NCBI GenBank assembly: GCA_964620345.1
Contig: CAZUHK010000001.1
Span: forward strand, 4,544-68,543
Length of the DNA stretch: 64,000 nt
DNA from: an uncultured Planctomycetaceae bacterium
Lineage (GTDB): Bacteria; Planctomycetota; Phycisphaerae; Phycisphaerales; Zrk34
Reading direction: 5' to 3'
Positions 56,800 through 64,000 of this stretch are shown here, piece by piece (position 1 is the first letter of the stretch; the number at the start of each line of letters is the position of its first letter). A program made the translations under genes and the position numbers. The notes under the pieces were generated by a model. That model was not told the origin of the DNA, did no database searches, and was given only the letters and a program-made list of their open reading frames with translations.

Positions 56800-57233
56800 A
56801 CTACCTGCCCGATCAGCCGCGGATCGATTACGAAGGCCGACGCCGCGCGCAGCAATCGCGGTACGTGGCCATGCTGCTGTATGCGTTGCCGTTCGTGCTG
56901 CTGCCGCTGGTGCTGGGCGGTCTGACGCTGTGGCGCGGGCTGCCATCGGAGCAGGTGCGCGTGATGCGCGATGAGGCCGCAGCGCTGCACGGGCGGATGG
57001 AAGAAGCCGAGGACTTGGGCGAGCTGACCGCGTTGCAAGCGCGGATCGAGCGACTCGAAGCGGCGATCGCCGAGTCCGAATCCCGCCGGGCCCAGTACAT
57101 CGCCGCCCGCGTGTGGGCCAGCGGCTTCTGCGCGATCGGCCTGGTGCTGCTGGCGGCGTGGGCGGTGGCGCTGGTCAAGCTCACGCGGCAACGCACGCTG
57201 GCCGATCCCCGCTGGCCACCGGCGCAACCGTGA
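56796..57233 (+). CDS. hypothetical membrane protein with central coiled coil
   Basis: TTG start overlapping the upstream stop (TTGA). Two TM segments flank an Ala/Glu-rich helix. Confidence 0.45.
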   Translation: MNYLPDQPRIDYEGRRRAQQSRYVAMLLYALPFVLLPLVLGGLTLWRGLPSEQVRVMRDEAAALHGRMEEAEDLGELTALQARIERLEAAIAESESRRAQYIAARVWASGFCAIGLVLLAAWAVALVKLTRQRTLADPRWPPAQP

Positions 57234-57234
57234 A

Positions 57235-58281
57235 TCATTCCGCCTGGGCTTGGGCCATCGCGATCCGCGTCACACCGGCCTGCTTGAGCGCGTCCATCAC
57301 GCCGACCACGTGCCTGAGCGGCGTTTTCCGGTCGGCCCGGATGATGACACGCGAGTCGTCCGCCACGCGCCCGCGCAGTTGTTCGAGAGAACTCGGCTGG
57401 CCATCGACGATCAACTCGCCGGCCTCGTTGATGTTCACGACCAGCGTCGCCGGAGCCGGCGCGGCCTCGCCCGGCAAAGCCACGCCCAACTCATCGGGAT
57501 CGGCGAACGCCTCTTTAAGCCACCGCTTCATGTGCGCCCACGAGCGATGGTCGGCCCGCTTGTCGTAGCTCACGCCGTCCATGCCGTAGCCATCGGCGCC
57601 GGGGTTGGTGAAGCTGTGCTTCGCCCCGCCGTACATCACCATCTGCCAGTCGGCGCCGCTCCGGTTCATCCCCTGGGTCAAGGCGGTGATCGCGGCGGGC
57701 TCGGTAAACCCGTCGGCCGCGCCGTGGCAGACCAGCACCGCGGCCTTGATCTTCTCGTCGCCCGTCGGTGCCGGCAGCGACCCGTGAAAACTCACCACCG
57801 CGTCGAGGTCCGCCCCGCCGATCGCGAGGTTCAGCACCGTCGAGCCGCCGAAACAATAGCCGATCGCACCGAGCTTCTCGCCATCGGTCTGCGGCTGGTC
57901 GGCCAGCACCTTCAGCCCGACCTTGGCGCGGGCCATCCATTGATCCTTGTCCTGGTTGAGGTGCCCGGCCCACTGCCCGGCCTGCTTGGGGTCGGCCGTG
58001 ACCTTGCCCCGGCCGTACATGTCCGCCGCGAACGCGACGTAGCCCAGCGCGGCCAGCATGCGGGCGCGTCTCTTGGCGTAATCGTTCAGGCCCCACCATT
58101 CGTGGATGACCAGCACGCCCGGCCGCTTGCCCTCGACCGCGTCGTCGTAGGCCAGGTAGCCGACGAGTTCGACATCCCCGTGGGTGTAGGTCATGTCCTT
58201 CGTGACGACCTCGCCATGAGCGAGGCCGGCCAAAGCGGTGGCGATGAACAGAATCGATACGGTGCGCGGTGCCTGATGCAT
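57235..58281 (-). CDS. secreted dienelactone hydrolase fused to an ExbD/TolR-type C-terminal domain
   Basis: Signal peptide. DLH blocks VIHEWWGLNDY and GAIGYCFGGS. C-terminal LVVNINEAGELIVDGQP...VIIRADRKTPLRHVVGVMDALKQAGVTRIAMA. Confidence 0.8.
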   Translation of the reverse strand: MHQAPRTVSILFIATALAGLAHGEVVTKDMTYTHGDVELVGYLAYDDAVEGKRPGVLVIHEWWGLNDYAKRRARMLAALGYVAFAADMYGRGKVTADPKQAGQWAGHLNQDKDQWMARAKVGLKVLADQPQTDGEKLGAIGYCFGGSTVLNLAIGGADLDAVVSFHGSLPAPTGDEKIKAAVLVCHGAADGFTEPAAITALTQGMNRSGADWQMVMYGGAKHSFTNPGADGYGMDGVSYDKRADHRSWAHMKRWLKEAFADPDELGVALPGEAAPAPATLVVNINEAGELIVDGQPSSLEQLRGRVADDSRVIIRADRKTPLRHVVGVMDALKQAGVTRIAMAQAQAE

Positions 58282-58335
58282 GGGCGTGTCCCTTGGTTCG
58301 GTGTTTGCCAGGCACCATTCTAACTCACCGGGGGA

Positions 58336-58614
58336 ATGACGCACGAAACGTCGACATCCGCTCACGGACGAGCACGAGCGATGGTACGCGTTGCAGAAAC
58401 TTGCGGTACCGTGCGGGACCAAGGGATACCCCGGCAGGATTCGAACAACAGCGATGAATCTCGGGGAAACAGCGATGATGAGTGCAACGACGGTGCAAAA
58501 TCCGGTGCATCGCTATCGCTGAATGAAGTCATTGAAGCATGGCCACGGCTCACACCTGCCCAGCGTGTGCGGGTGCTGGCGATCGTGCGCCAGTCGATCG
58601 GGGGTGCGACGTGA
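58336..58614 (+). CDS. element ORF A (reading frame crosses attL; start unclear)
   Basis: C-terminal part NEVIEAWPRLTPAQRVRVLAIVRQS looks protein-like. The stop overlaps the GTG of the next ORF (GTGA). The only ATGs (58336, 58381) lie in the host flank. Confidence 0.3.
   Translation: MTHETSTSAHGRARAMVRVAETCGTVRDQGIPRQDSNNSDESRGNSDDECNDGAKSGASLSLNEVIEAWPRLTPAQRVRVLAIVRQSIGGAT
58387..58446 (+). repeat. attL: displaced copy of the tRNA-Arg 3-prime end plus 40 nt of downstream flank
   Basis: Identical to 62442-62502 except for one missing C (CCCC versus CCCCC). Confidence 0.85.
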
Positions 58615-59030
58615 TCAGTTGTGCGTTGAACGTATCCGAGGAGTTGGGCGTTTGGCTGGAGGTGTTCGACGGCGATCGCCTGGCGGTGTTCCCGGTCACT
58701 GAACCACAGCGGGCCGAGTTGGTGGGCCTGGTCACGGCGGTGGTGCATATCGGCGGCGAGCGGTGGCGGCTGTCGATTAGCCGGCGGGGCGTCGTGCGAC
58801 TGTTGGACCCGAACGGCTCATTCGCGTCCGACCTGTCGGGGCTGCTGGATCGCTTCGGGGACGGGCCAACAGTCCAGCGTTCGCAGCACGACCAGGACGC
58901 GGCGTCGTTTCAGCGGGGCAGAAAGATGATGCCGGGGTGTCGGGGTGGCGAACGCCCGACTCGCCCGGGTGGTGACGGTCGAGAATCGCACAGCCGCAAG
59001 CCGGGCGAAACTGGGGGAACCGTCCAATGA
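58611..59030 (+). CDS. element ORF B, hypothetical
   Basis: GTG start coupled to ORF A. The stop overlaps the Rep ATG (ATGA). Confidence 0.45.
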   Translation: MISCALNVSEELGVWLEVFDGDRLAVFPVTEPQRAELVGLVTAVVHIGGERWRLSISRRGVVRLLDPNGSFASDLSGLLDRFGDGPTVQRSQHDQDAASFQRGRKMMPGCRGGERPTRPGGDGRESHSRKPGETGGTVQ

Positions 59031-60280
59031 GCGCAGGCCTTCGACGTGAGCCGATCTCTCAAGATGAGCAGCCCCCGGCCGCGAGCGGCCGTAAGGCCGC
59101 CGCGGCTGGGGTGCTTAGTCTTGACACAGAGGTTTCTAATTCTACGGACGCTGTGGAGGGTATCTTCCCGGTGCCGTTGGGCGGGCGTCTGGATCCGATC
59201 GGCGGCAAGCGCAAGCGATACGAGGACTGGCTGCGGGTCAAGGCGTTGCTGTCACGGATGACGGCGGGCGTGTTCCTCACGCTGACGACGGATCGCAGCA
59301 AGTGGACACGCTTTCGGATCATCGAGCGTTGGTACGCGATGGCGGCGGGCGATCGCGAGAAGCTGGGTCTGACGGCGACGGAGATCAACACGCTGCCGGT
59401 CGAAGAACTGGCGTACCGTTTCCAGGCGATCTACGTCAGCCGGTTCCTATCTCACCGGCTGGGGTTCAAGGTGTGGGTTCGCGTGGTCGAGCCGCAGACC
59501 CGCAGCGGCAATGGCTGGATGCACTGGCACTGCGTGGTTGAAGTGGCGGGCACACGTTGGGACACCGGCAATCGTCGCAAGCCGATCGATCTCAAGGGCC
59601 TGGCCAACGCCTGTTGGTCGGTCTGGCGTGACGATTACGAGTTCGGCATGGTGGATGTGCAGTTGGTCAAGTCGCATGACCGTCTCGCGTCGTACCTGTC
59701 GAAGTACATCACCAAGGCCTGGCCAGCGATACCCCGTTGGGTGCTTGAATCTTCCCGTGGCGTGCGTCTGGTGGGCTTCGCCAAGGCGGCGGGTGTGATC
59801 GTGCGGGACGTCATGGGCCTGCCTGAATCGTCGTCAGACGACGACGACGGGGACGACGACGGGGACGAGGACAAGCGGAAGGCGAAGCGTGCGAAGCGTC
59901 GCCCGTTGATCGACCGGCTCACTGAATCGGGGATGTCCTGCAACGTGATCCAGCGGCACGGGCGGTGTGCGTGGGCAGGGATGATTGACGCTCCGCTGTG
60001 GGCGTTGTTCGAGCTGGTGCCGGCGGTGCCCGGCTTGCGGATCGTGCGGCGTACGTGGCAGACGTTCAAGGGCCAGGTCGAGAAGATGGGCCTGGTCTGG
60101 GCGGGCGAGTGGACGCGGGACGGGCCGAGGTCGGCGATGAATCGGGTCATGACGGCTCTTGAACGGCATGGCCTGTTGGAGCGGATCGACCTGGAGAAGC
60201 GACGACGCCGGGAGCAGATGTTGGACAGTTGGGAACTGATGCAGTGGGAGCTTGAACAGGGGGTGTGCGGTGCTTGCTGA
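59027..60280 (+). CDS. HUH-superfamily rolling-circle replication initiator / relaxase-like protein (two-Tyr type)
   Basis: Motif I FLTLT (aa 83-87), motif II HWHCVV (aa 166-171), motif III YLSKYITK (aa 223-230). No Walker A motif. Confidence 0.7.
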   Translation: MSAGLRREPISQDEQPPAASGRKAAAAGVLSLDTEVSNSTDAVEGIFPVPLGGRLDPIGGKRKRYEDWLRVKALLSRMTAGVFLTLTTDRSKWTRFRIIERWYAMAAGDREKLGLTATEINTLPVEELAYRFQAIYVSRFLSHRLGFKVWVRVVEPQTRSGNGWMHWHCVVEVAGTRWDTGNRRKPIDLKGLANACWSVWRDDYEFGMVDVQLVKSHDRLASYLSKYITKAWPAIPRWVLESSRGVRLVGFAKAAGVIVRDVMGLPESSSDDDDGDDDGDEDKRKAKRAKRRPLIDRLTESGMSCNVIQRHGRCAWAGMIDAPLWALFELVPAVPGLRIVRRTWQTFKGQVEKMGLVWAGEWTRDGPRSAMNRVMTALERHGLLERIDLEKRRRREQMLDSWELMQWELEQGVCGAC

Positions 60281-60581
60281 TCTTCTCGCGATGTCTCATC
60301 CGATTGAGTTCTTCGGGCTGCCGGTGCCCTGGTGGCTGCTGGGCCTGGGTCTCCTGGTCCTCGTCGTGGCGGCCGCGGTCGAGACCTTCCCTTCGCTTCG
60401 TCTGGCTGTCGGTGCGGTCGTCTCGGTCGGCCTGGTCGGCTGGCTGCTGGTGTCCTGGATTGCTGACGGCCGCTGGGCCGGGGTGCTGTTCGTGCTGCTG
60501 GTGGGTTCGCTCGCGGTCTGGCCGCACGTGGCGCCCGTGGTGCGGGTCTGGTGGTGCAGCGTGCGCCGGAAGGGTTGGTGA
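60270..60581 (+). CDS. element small membrane protein (3 TM)
   Basis: Hydrophobic ORF. Likely GTG start preceded by AGGGGG. Overlaps the Rep 3-prime end. Confidence 0.4.
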   Translation: MLADLLAMSHPIEFFGLPVPWWLLGLGLLVLVVAAAVETFPSLRLAVGAVVSVGLVGWLLVSWIADGRWAGVLFVLLVGSLAVWPHVAPVVRVWWCSVRRKGW

Positions 60582-60610
60582 GCGGAGAACGAAACTTGTG
60601 AACTGGACGC

Positions 60611-60639
60611 TTGACAAGCCGTTCCGTACTCGTCATACT
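60611..60639 (+). promoter_or_regulatory. strong sigma70-like promoter TTGACA-17 nt-CATACT inside the element
   Basis: -35 at 60611-16 and -10 at 60634-39. The ATG of the RHH gene is 10 nt after the -10. Confidence 0.55.
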
Positions 60640-60649
60640 GGTGTCACCC

Positions 60650-61039
60650 ATGAAAGATAACAAAGCAAAAATCACAATCTCAATCTCTCCCGATCTCCTG
60701 CGTCGCATCGACGCGGTGGCCGAAGCCCGCGAGATGAAGCGATCAACGCTGATGGAGCGCATGCTGGGCAACCAGATTGAGGAACAGGAGGAATTCCTGC
60801 TCGGCATGGAGAAGCCGCTAGATCGGGCCGTCGCCAGAGTGCTGCTGCGGAATCCGAAGGTGATGAAGGCAATGTCGGTTGTGGTTGGCGAACACATCTC
60901 TGACGAGCAGATCGAACGTGCGAAGCGTGAGCTTCCGAACGAACTGGCTCGTGGGAAGAATCGGGAGGCCGTGAAGAAAGCACGGGAGAAGGCGAAGCGT
61001 GCACGTGCAGAATCAGACGGCGAGGTCGCATTCAGTTGA
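60650..61039 (+). CDS. ribbon-helix-helix (CopG-like) regulator
   Basis: KITISISPDLLRRIDAVAEAREMKRSTLMERML followed by a charged helical tail. Confidence 0.75.
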   Translation: MKDNKAKITISISPDLLRRIDAVAEAREMKRSTLMERMLGNQIEEQEEFLLGMEKPLDRAVARVLLRNPKVMKAMSVVVGEHISDEQIERAKRELPNELARGKNREAVKKAREKAKRARAESDGEVAFS

Positions 61040-61057
61040 TTCCGGAGGACACAGGCG

Positions 61058-61240
61058 ATGGACAAACTACTGCTCACCTACCGCGAAGCGGCGATGCTGC
61101 TCGGAGTCTGTGAGCGCAAGCTGGCGGACATGGTGAAGCGTCGCGAGATTCCATGCGTGCGGATTAAGCGATCGGTGCGGTTCCGCCGCGAAGCGCTCTG
61201 CCGTTGGGTCGAGCAACTCGAGCAACAAGGGGCGGCGTGA
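61058..61240 (+). CDS. xis: excisionase-family HTH DNA-binding protein
   Basis: LLTYREAAMLLGVCERKLADMVKRREIPCVRIKRSVRFRREAL. GGAGGA lies upstream. The stop overlaps the int ATG (TGATG). Confidence 0.8.
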   Translation: MDKLLLTYREAAMLLGVCERKLADMVKRREIPCVRIKRSVRFRREALCRWVEQLEQQGAA

Positions 61241-62520
61241 TGGCGAGCATCATCACCAGCAAGTCGGGCCATCGAACCATCCAGTTCAAAGGCGGCGACG
61301 GTCGGCGGCCGAAGATCACGCTCGGCAAGGTGTCGCGCAAGCGGGCCGAGTCTCTCCGGGCCAAGGTGGAAGACTTGGTCTCGGCGAGCATCACCGGCGA
61401 GTCGCCCAGGGCGTCAACCGCGGAGTGGCTCAAAATCATTGGCGACGATCTGCACGCGAGGATTGCGCACGCCGGGCTGGCTGATCCAAGGTCGAGCCGC
61501 GAGGCGGAGAAGCTGGGGCCGTTTACCCGCGAGTACATCGCGAGCCGCACAGACGTGAAGCCGGGCACGGTCAAGAACCTGACGGTTGCCGCTGAAGCCT
61601 TGGTGGGTTTCTTCGGTGCGGGCCGGTCGATGAAATTGATCACGCCGGGCGATGCCGAAGCGTTCCGCGTGCACCTGCTGGGCAATTGGTCGGACAACAC
61701 GGTGCGGCGCATCTGTGGTCGCGGCCGCCAGTTCTTCCGTGCCGCGATGCGTCGGGGGTTGGTCGCCGCCGAGCCGTTCGCCGACATTGCCTGTGCGGTC
61801 GGCACCGATACATCGCGATTCCGCTTCGTCACACTCAACGAGATCGCTCGTGTCCTGGCGGCTTGTCCCGATGCGGAGTGGCGGGTGATCTTTGCTCTGA
61901 GTCGCTTCGGTGGATTGCGGTGCACGTCGGAGCATTTGTCGCTGCGGTGGGAAGACATCGATTGGGAACATAACCGCATGACGGTGCGCAGCCCGAAGAC
62001 CGAGCACCACGAGGGCAAGGCGTCGCGTCTGGTGCCGCTGTTCCCCGAGCTGCGGGTAGGCCTGCTACCGCTGTTCAGCGAGTGCGAAGCTGGCACAGTG
62101 CATGTGATCAACAGGTATCGCGATCACGGGGTCAACCTTCGCACGCAGGCCCATCGCATCATCAAACGTGCGGGCCTCGAGCCGTGGCCGAAGGTGTTTC
62201 ACAACATGCGGGCGTCGCGTGAGACCGAACTGTGCGACGAGTACCCCGAGCACGTCGTGTGTGCGTGGATCGGTAACAGTAAGGCGGTGGCGAGAAAGCA
62301 CTACCTGCATGTGACCGACGATCATTGGGCACGAGCGACCCGTGTTGCAGTGGTGCAGAAAGCGGTGCAGCAAGCTGCCGCATCGGACCGCAACGGGAAG
62401 CACGGCGAACCGGATGAAGTTTCGAAGTCGCGGCGGTGCAGCGCGTTGCAGAAACTTGCGGTACCGTGCGGGACCAAGGGATACCCCCGGCAGGATTCGA
62501 ACCTGCGACCTCAGCTTTAG
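61240..62520 (+). CDS. int: tyrosine-type site-specific integrase
   Basis: Catalytic blocks GLRCTSEHLSLRWEDID, HNMRASRETEL, ARKHYLH. The last 27 codons run through attR and the tRNA antisense strand. Confidence 0.9.
   Translation: MASIITSKSGHRTIQFKGGDGRRPKITLGKVSRKRAESLRAKVEDLVSASITGESPRASTAEWLKIIGDDLHARIAHAGLADPRSSREAEKLGPFTREYIASRTDVKPGTVKNLTVAAEALVGFFGAGRSMKLITPGDAEAFRVHLLGNWSDNTVRRICGRGRQFFRAAMRRGLVAAEPFADIACAVGTDTSRFRFVTLNEIARVLAACPDAEWRVIFALSRFGGLRCTSEHLSLRWEDIDWEHNRMTVRSPKTEHHEGKASRLVPLFPELRVGLLPLFSECEAGTVHVINRYRDHGVNLRTQAHRIIKRAGLEPWPKVFHNMRASRETELCDEYPEHVVCAWIGNSKAVARKHYLHVTDDHWARATRVAVVQKAVQQAAASDRNGKHGEPDEVSKSRRCSALQKLAVPCGTKGYPRQDSNLRPQL
62442..62502 (+). repeat. attR: direct repeat overlapping the 3-prime 21 nt of tRNA-Arg
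   Basis: 61 nt, identical to attL apart from one additional C. Confidence 0.85.
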
Positions 62521-62555
62521 GAAAGCCGTGCTCTATCCATCTGAGCTACGAGGGC
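62482..62555 (-). tRNA. tRNA-Arg (anticodon CCT)
   Basis: Hand-folded 74-nt cloverleaf. Acceptor GCCCTCG/CGGGGGT, D arm GCTC/GAGC, anticodon arm CGGCT-TTCCTAA-AGCTG, T arm GCAGG-TTCGAAT-CCTGC, discriminator A, no encoded CCA. Confidence 0.9.
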
Positions 62556-62622
62556 GACGTGACCAGAATCGAATTGACCTTCGCGTGAGATGATATCCCA
62601 TGGGACTGAAGTCCACATTCAC

Positions 62623-64000
62623 TCACTCGCTTATCTCGTACGCCGTCTGGCCATCGAGCTCGAACACCGCGCCGGTGTCGGTCTGTTTGGCCGGCCGGAC
62701 CTTGTCGCCGGTGAGCACGTTGGTCAGCGTCCTGGGTGATGCCAGCGCCTTGGGCACGGTGATCTTCCGCGGCTGCTTCGCCGGGTCGACGACGAGGTGG
62801 CCGGCCAGCAGCGCCGCGCCCTTGTCGACGTAGCGGGCGCTACGCACGCCGTGCTGCTTGACGAACGCGACCAGCCACTTGTTCATCGGGTCGCTGACCA
62901 TGTCCTTGTAGGACTCGAAGGAGATCGGCGACTTGAAGACGGTGTCCTGCTTGGGATTGACCATCGCGAACCCGCCGTCGAGGTTGTAAGCCGAGCCCGA
63001 GCGGTAGACCAGCCGGTGGCGTCCGGCGTGGGCGATCTGGCCGAGGAACGCTTCGCTGCCGGTGTGGGAGCTGTAGCCGTTGCCTGCCAGGTCGGCGCTG
63101 AAGGTCTCGTGCCACATGAAGAAGTCGGGCGAGAGCTGCTTGCCGAAGCGCAGGATTTCGTGCATCAAGCTGTAGGCGCTGGTCATCGACTCGGCGGGGA
63201 AGCGTTGGAAGGGACGGGTTTGGGGGGGCGCGAAGTCGGGCGGGAAGGGCACGCCGCCGCAGTCCCAGAAGATCCCGTCGATGCCGAAGTCTTCGACGTA
63301 CTGGCGGACGGTGGCGAGGTAGTAGTCGCGGACCTCGGGGTGGTTGTAGTTCAGCCCGTTGTAGAGGTCGAACGATCCCAGGGAGAAGCTGTCGTAGGGC
63401 CGGCCATCGTCGCCGAGCAGTCGCCAGTGGTGTTTGATGTCGCCGGGGTTGCCCAGGCCCGCGAAGGACATCCAGACGAAGGCGTGGCCGCCGAGGTTTC
63501 GGATCGTTTGGCCAAGCTTCTGCATGCCCTTGTCGCCGCCGTAGAGGGGGCTGGGCGACAGCGAGCCGGCCGAGCAGTCCCAGCACCCGGGCCGCACATC
63601 GTGGCCTGCGACGCCGAAGCCGGTGATGCCCAGTTCGTCGTGGAGGTATTTGGCGTGGTCGGCCATCTCCTCGAAGCCGCGCTGCCGCCGCTGCCACCAG
63701 TGCAGCCAGAACCAGGTCGTGTGATAGAACCAGTCGGCCGGCTCTTCGTACAGGACGAACGCGTTGGCCATCCGCTCGAGCATCTGCTCGCGCCCGCCGT
63801 TGCCCCAATACAGACTGACCTCCGGCGGGTAGACGATCTCGTTGGCGCCCAGGCGATCGTGATAGGCGAACTGGGCCTTGATCGCGTCGTGCTCGTAATC
63901 CCAGTGCATGCCGACGTTCGGCCGCTGGGCCGTGATCCACAGCCACCGCCCGTCCGCGTGGTAGTAGGCGGCGCCGGGGAGCATCTGCACGCCGGGGTGG
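62623..64000 (-). CDS. glycoside-hydrolase-like (TIM-barrel-like) protein, 5-prime partial at window edge
   Basis: The frame is open to position 64000. Motifs GIDGIFWDCGG and HAFVWMSFAG. Function tentative. Confidence 0.6.
   Translation of the reverse strand, partial: HPGVQMLPGAAYYHADGRWLWITAQRPNVGMHWDYEHDAIKAQFAYHDRLGANEIVYPPEVSLYWGNGGREQMLERMANAFVLYEEPADWFYHTTWFWLHWWQRRQRGFEEMADHAKYLHDELGITGFGVAGHDVRPGCWDCSAGSLSPSPLYGGDKGMQKLGQTIRNLGGHAFVWMSFAGLGNPGDIKHHWRLLGDDGRPYDSFSLGSFDLYNGLNYNHPEVRDYYLATVRQYVEDFGIDGIFWDCGGVPFPPDFAPPQTRPFQRFPAESMTSAYSLMHEILRFGKQLSPDFFMWHETFSADLAGNGYSSHTGSEAFLGQIAHAGRHRLVYRSGSAYNLDGGFAMVNPKQDTVFKSPISFESYKDMVSDPMNKWLVAFVKQHGVRSARYVDKGAALLAGHLVVDPAKQPRKITVPKALASPRTLTNVLTGDKVRPAKQTDTGAVFELDGQTAYEISE

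Larger units (their letters stand above)
58387..62502 (+). mobile_element. integrated ~4.1-kb element at tRNA-Arg(CCT): HUH Rep, RHH regulator, excisionase, tyrosine integrase
   Basis: Bounded by 60/61-nt direct repeats. The integrase is adjacent to the tRNA. Parts of the element have lower GC. Confidence 0.8.

Noticed and set aside
1-64000. CRISPR arrays, rRNA genes, additional tRNAs, and large defence-system signatures (restriction-modification, CBASS, retrons, Cas).
   Set aside because: No regularly spaced direct repeats, no rRNA-like conserved stretches, and no large ATPase, nuclease or reverse-transcriptase ORFs outside the annotated genes were seen. Only the type II TA modules (vapBC, hicAB, DUF4258/DUF2283 remnant) were found.

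Overview
High-GC bacterial chromosomal segment. The taxon cannot be fixed from sequence alone; the gene content (LamG secreted protein, GT-C glycosyltransferases, many lipoproteins, flagellar genes with FliW/CsrA) is compatible with a Planctomycetota/Phycisphaerae-like organism, which is inference. I support about 65 CDS, one tRNA, two mobile elements and several repeats and regulatory sites. All motifs, hairpins and alignments were read by eye; no searches or folding were run.

Main blocks:
- 45-4143: minus-strand arsM-arsR-rhodanese-PstS-like-hydroxylase row.
- 4.6-17.4 kb: housekeeping and envelope genes (LamG protein, oxidoreductase, hydrolase, pseudouridine synthase, a 1283-aa AsmA/TamB-like protein, pgi, AEC transporter, DUF4432).
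- 17557-18191: vapBC. A 311-bp IS630/Tc1-like deletion derivative is inserted at the TA of the vapC stop codon.
- 18566-32479: 14-kb minus-strand late flagellar cluster (small ORF, flgF, flgG, flgA, flgH, flgI, rod-binding protein, flgN, flgK, flgL, fliW, csrA, two flagellins).
- 32.7-36.1 kb: ribBA-like gene, lipoprotein, clpS, MBL hydrolase.
- 36158-36307: predicted Ile-rich leader-peptide attenuator in front of citramalate synthase cimA. cimA runs straight into a glycosylation operon (two GT-C paralogues, a methyltransferase-GT2 fusion, a methyltransferase).
- 43-51 kb: FucI-like/FucU pair, ygfZ, a lower-GC hicAB islet, miaB, HhH-GPD glycosylase, BFN nuclease, PPK2.
- 51298-53582: c-di-GMP pair (stand-alone MshEN receptor abutting a GGDEF cyclase).
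- 54616-55092: DUF4258-like remnant split by a 68-nt repeat, next to an intact DUF2283 gene.
- 57235-58281: secreted dienelactone hydrolase fused to an ExbD/TolR-type domain.

The most unusual item is a ~4.1-kb integrative element (58387-62502). It is bounded by 60/61-nt direct repeats in tRNA-Arg(CCT). It carries integrase, excisionase, an RHH regulator and a phiX174-type two-tyrosine HUH rolling-circle Rep, with no capsid or conjugation genes. Most of the long ORFs antisense to these genes are high-GC shadow ORFs and are not reported.
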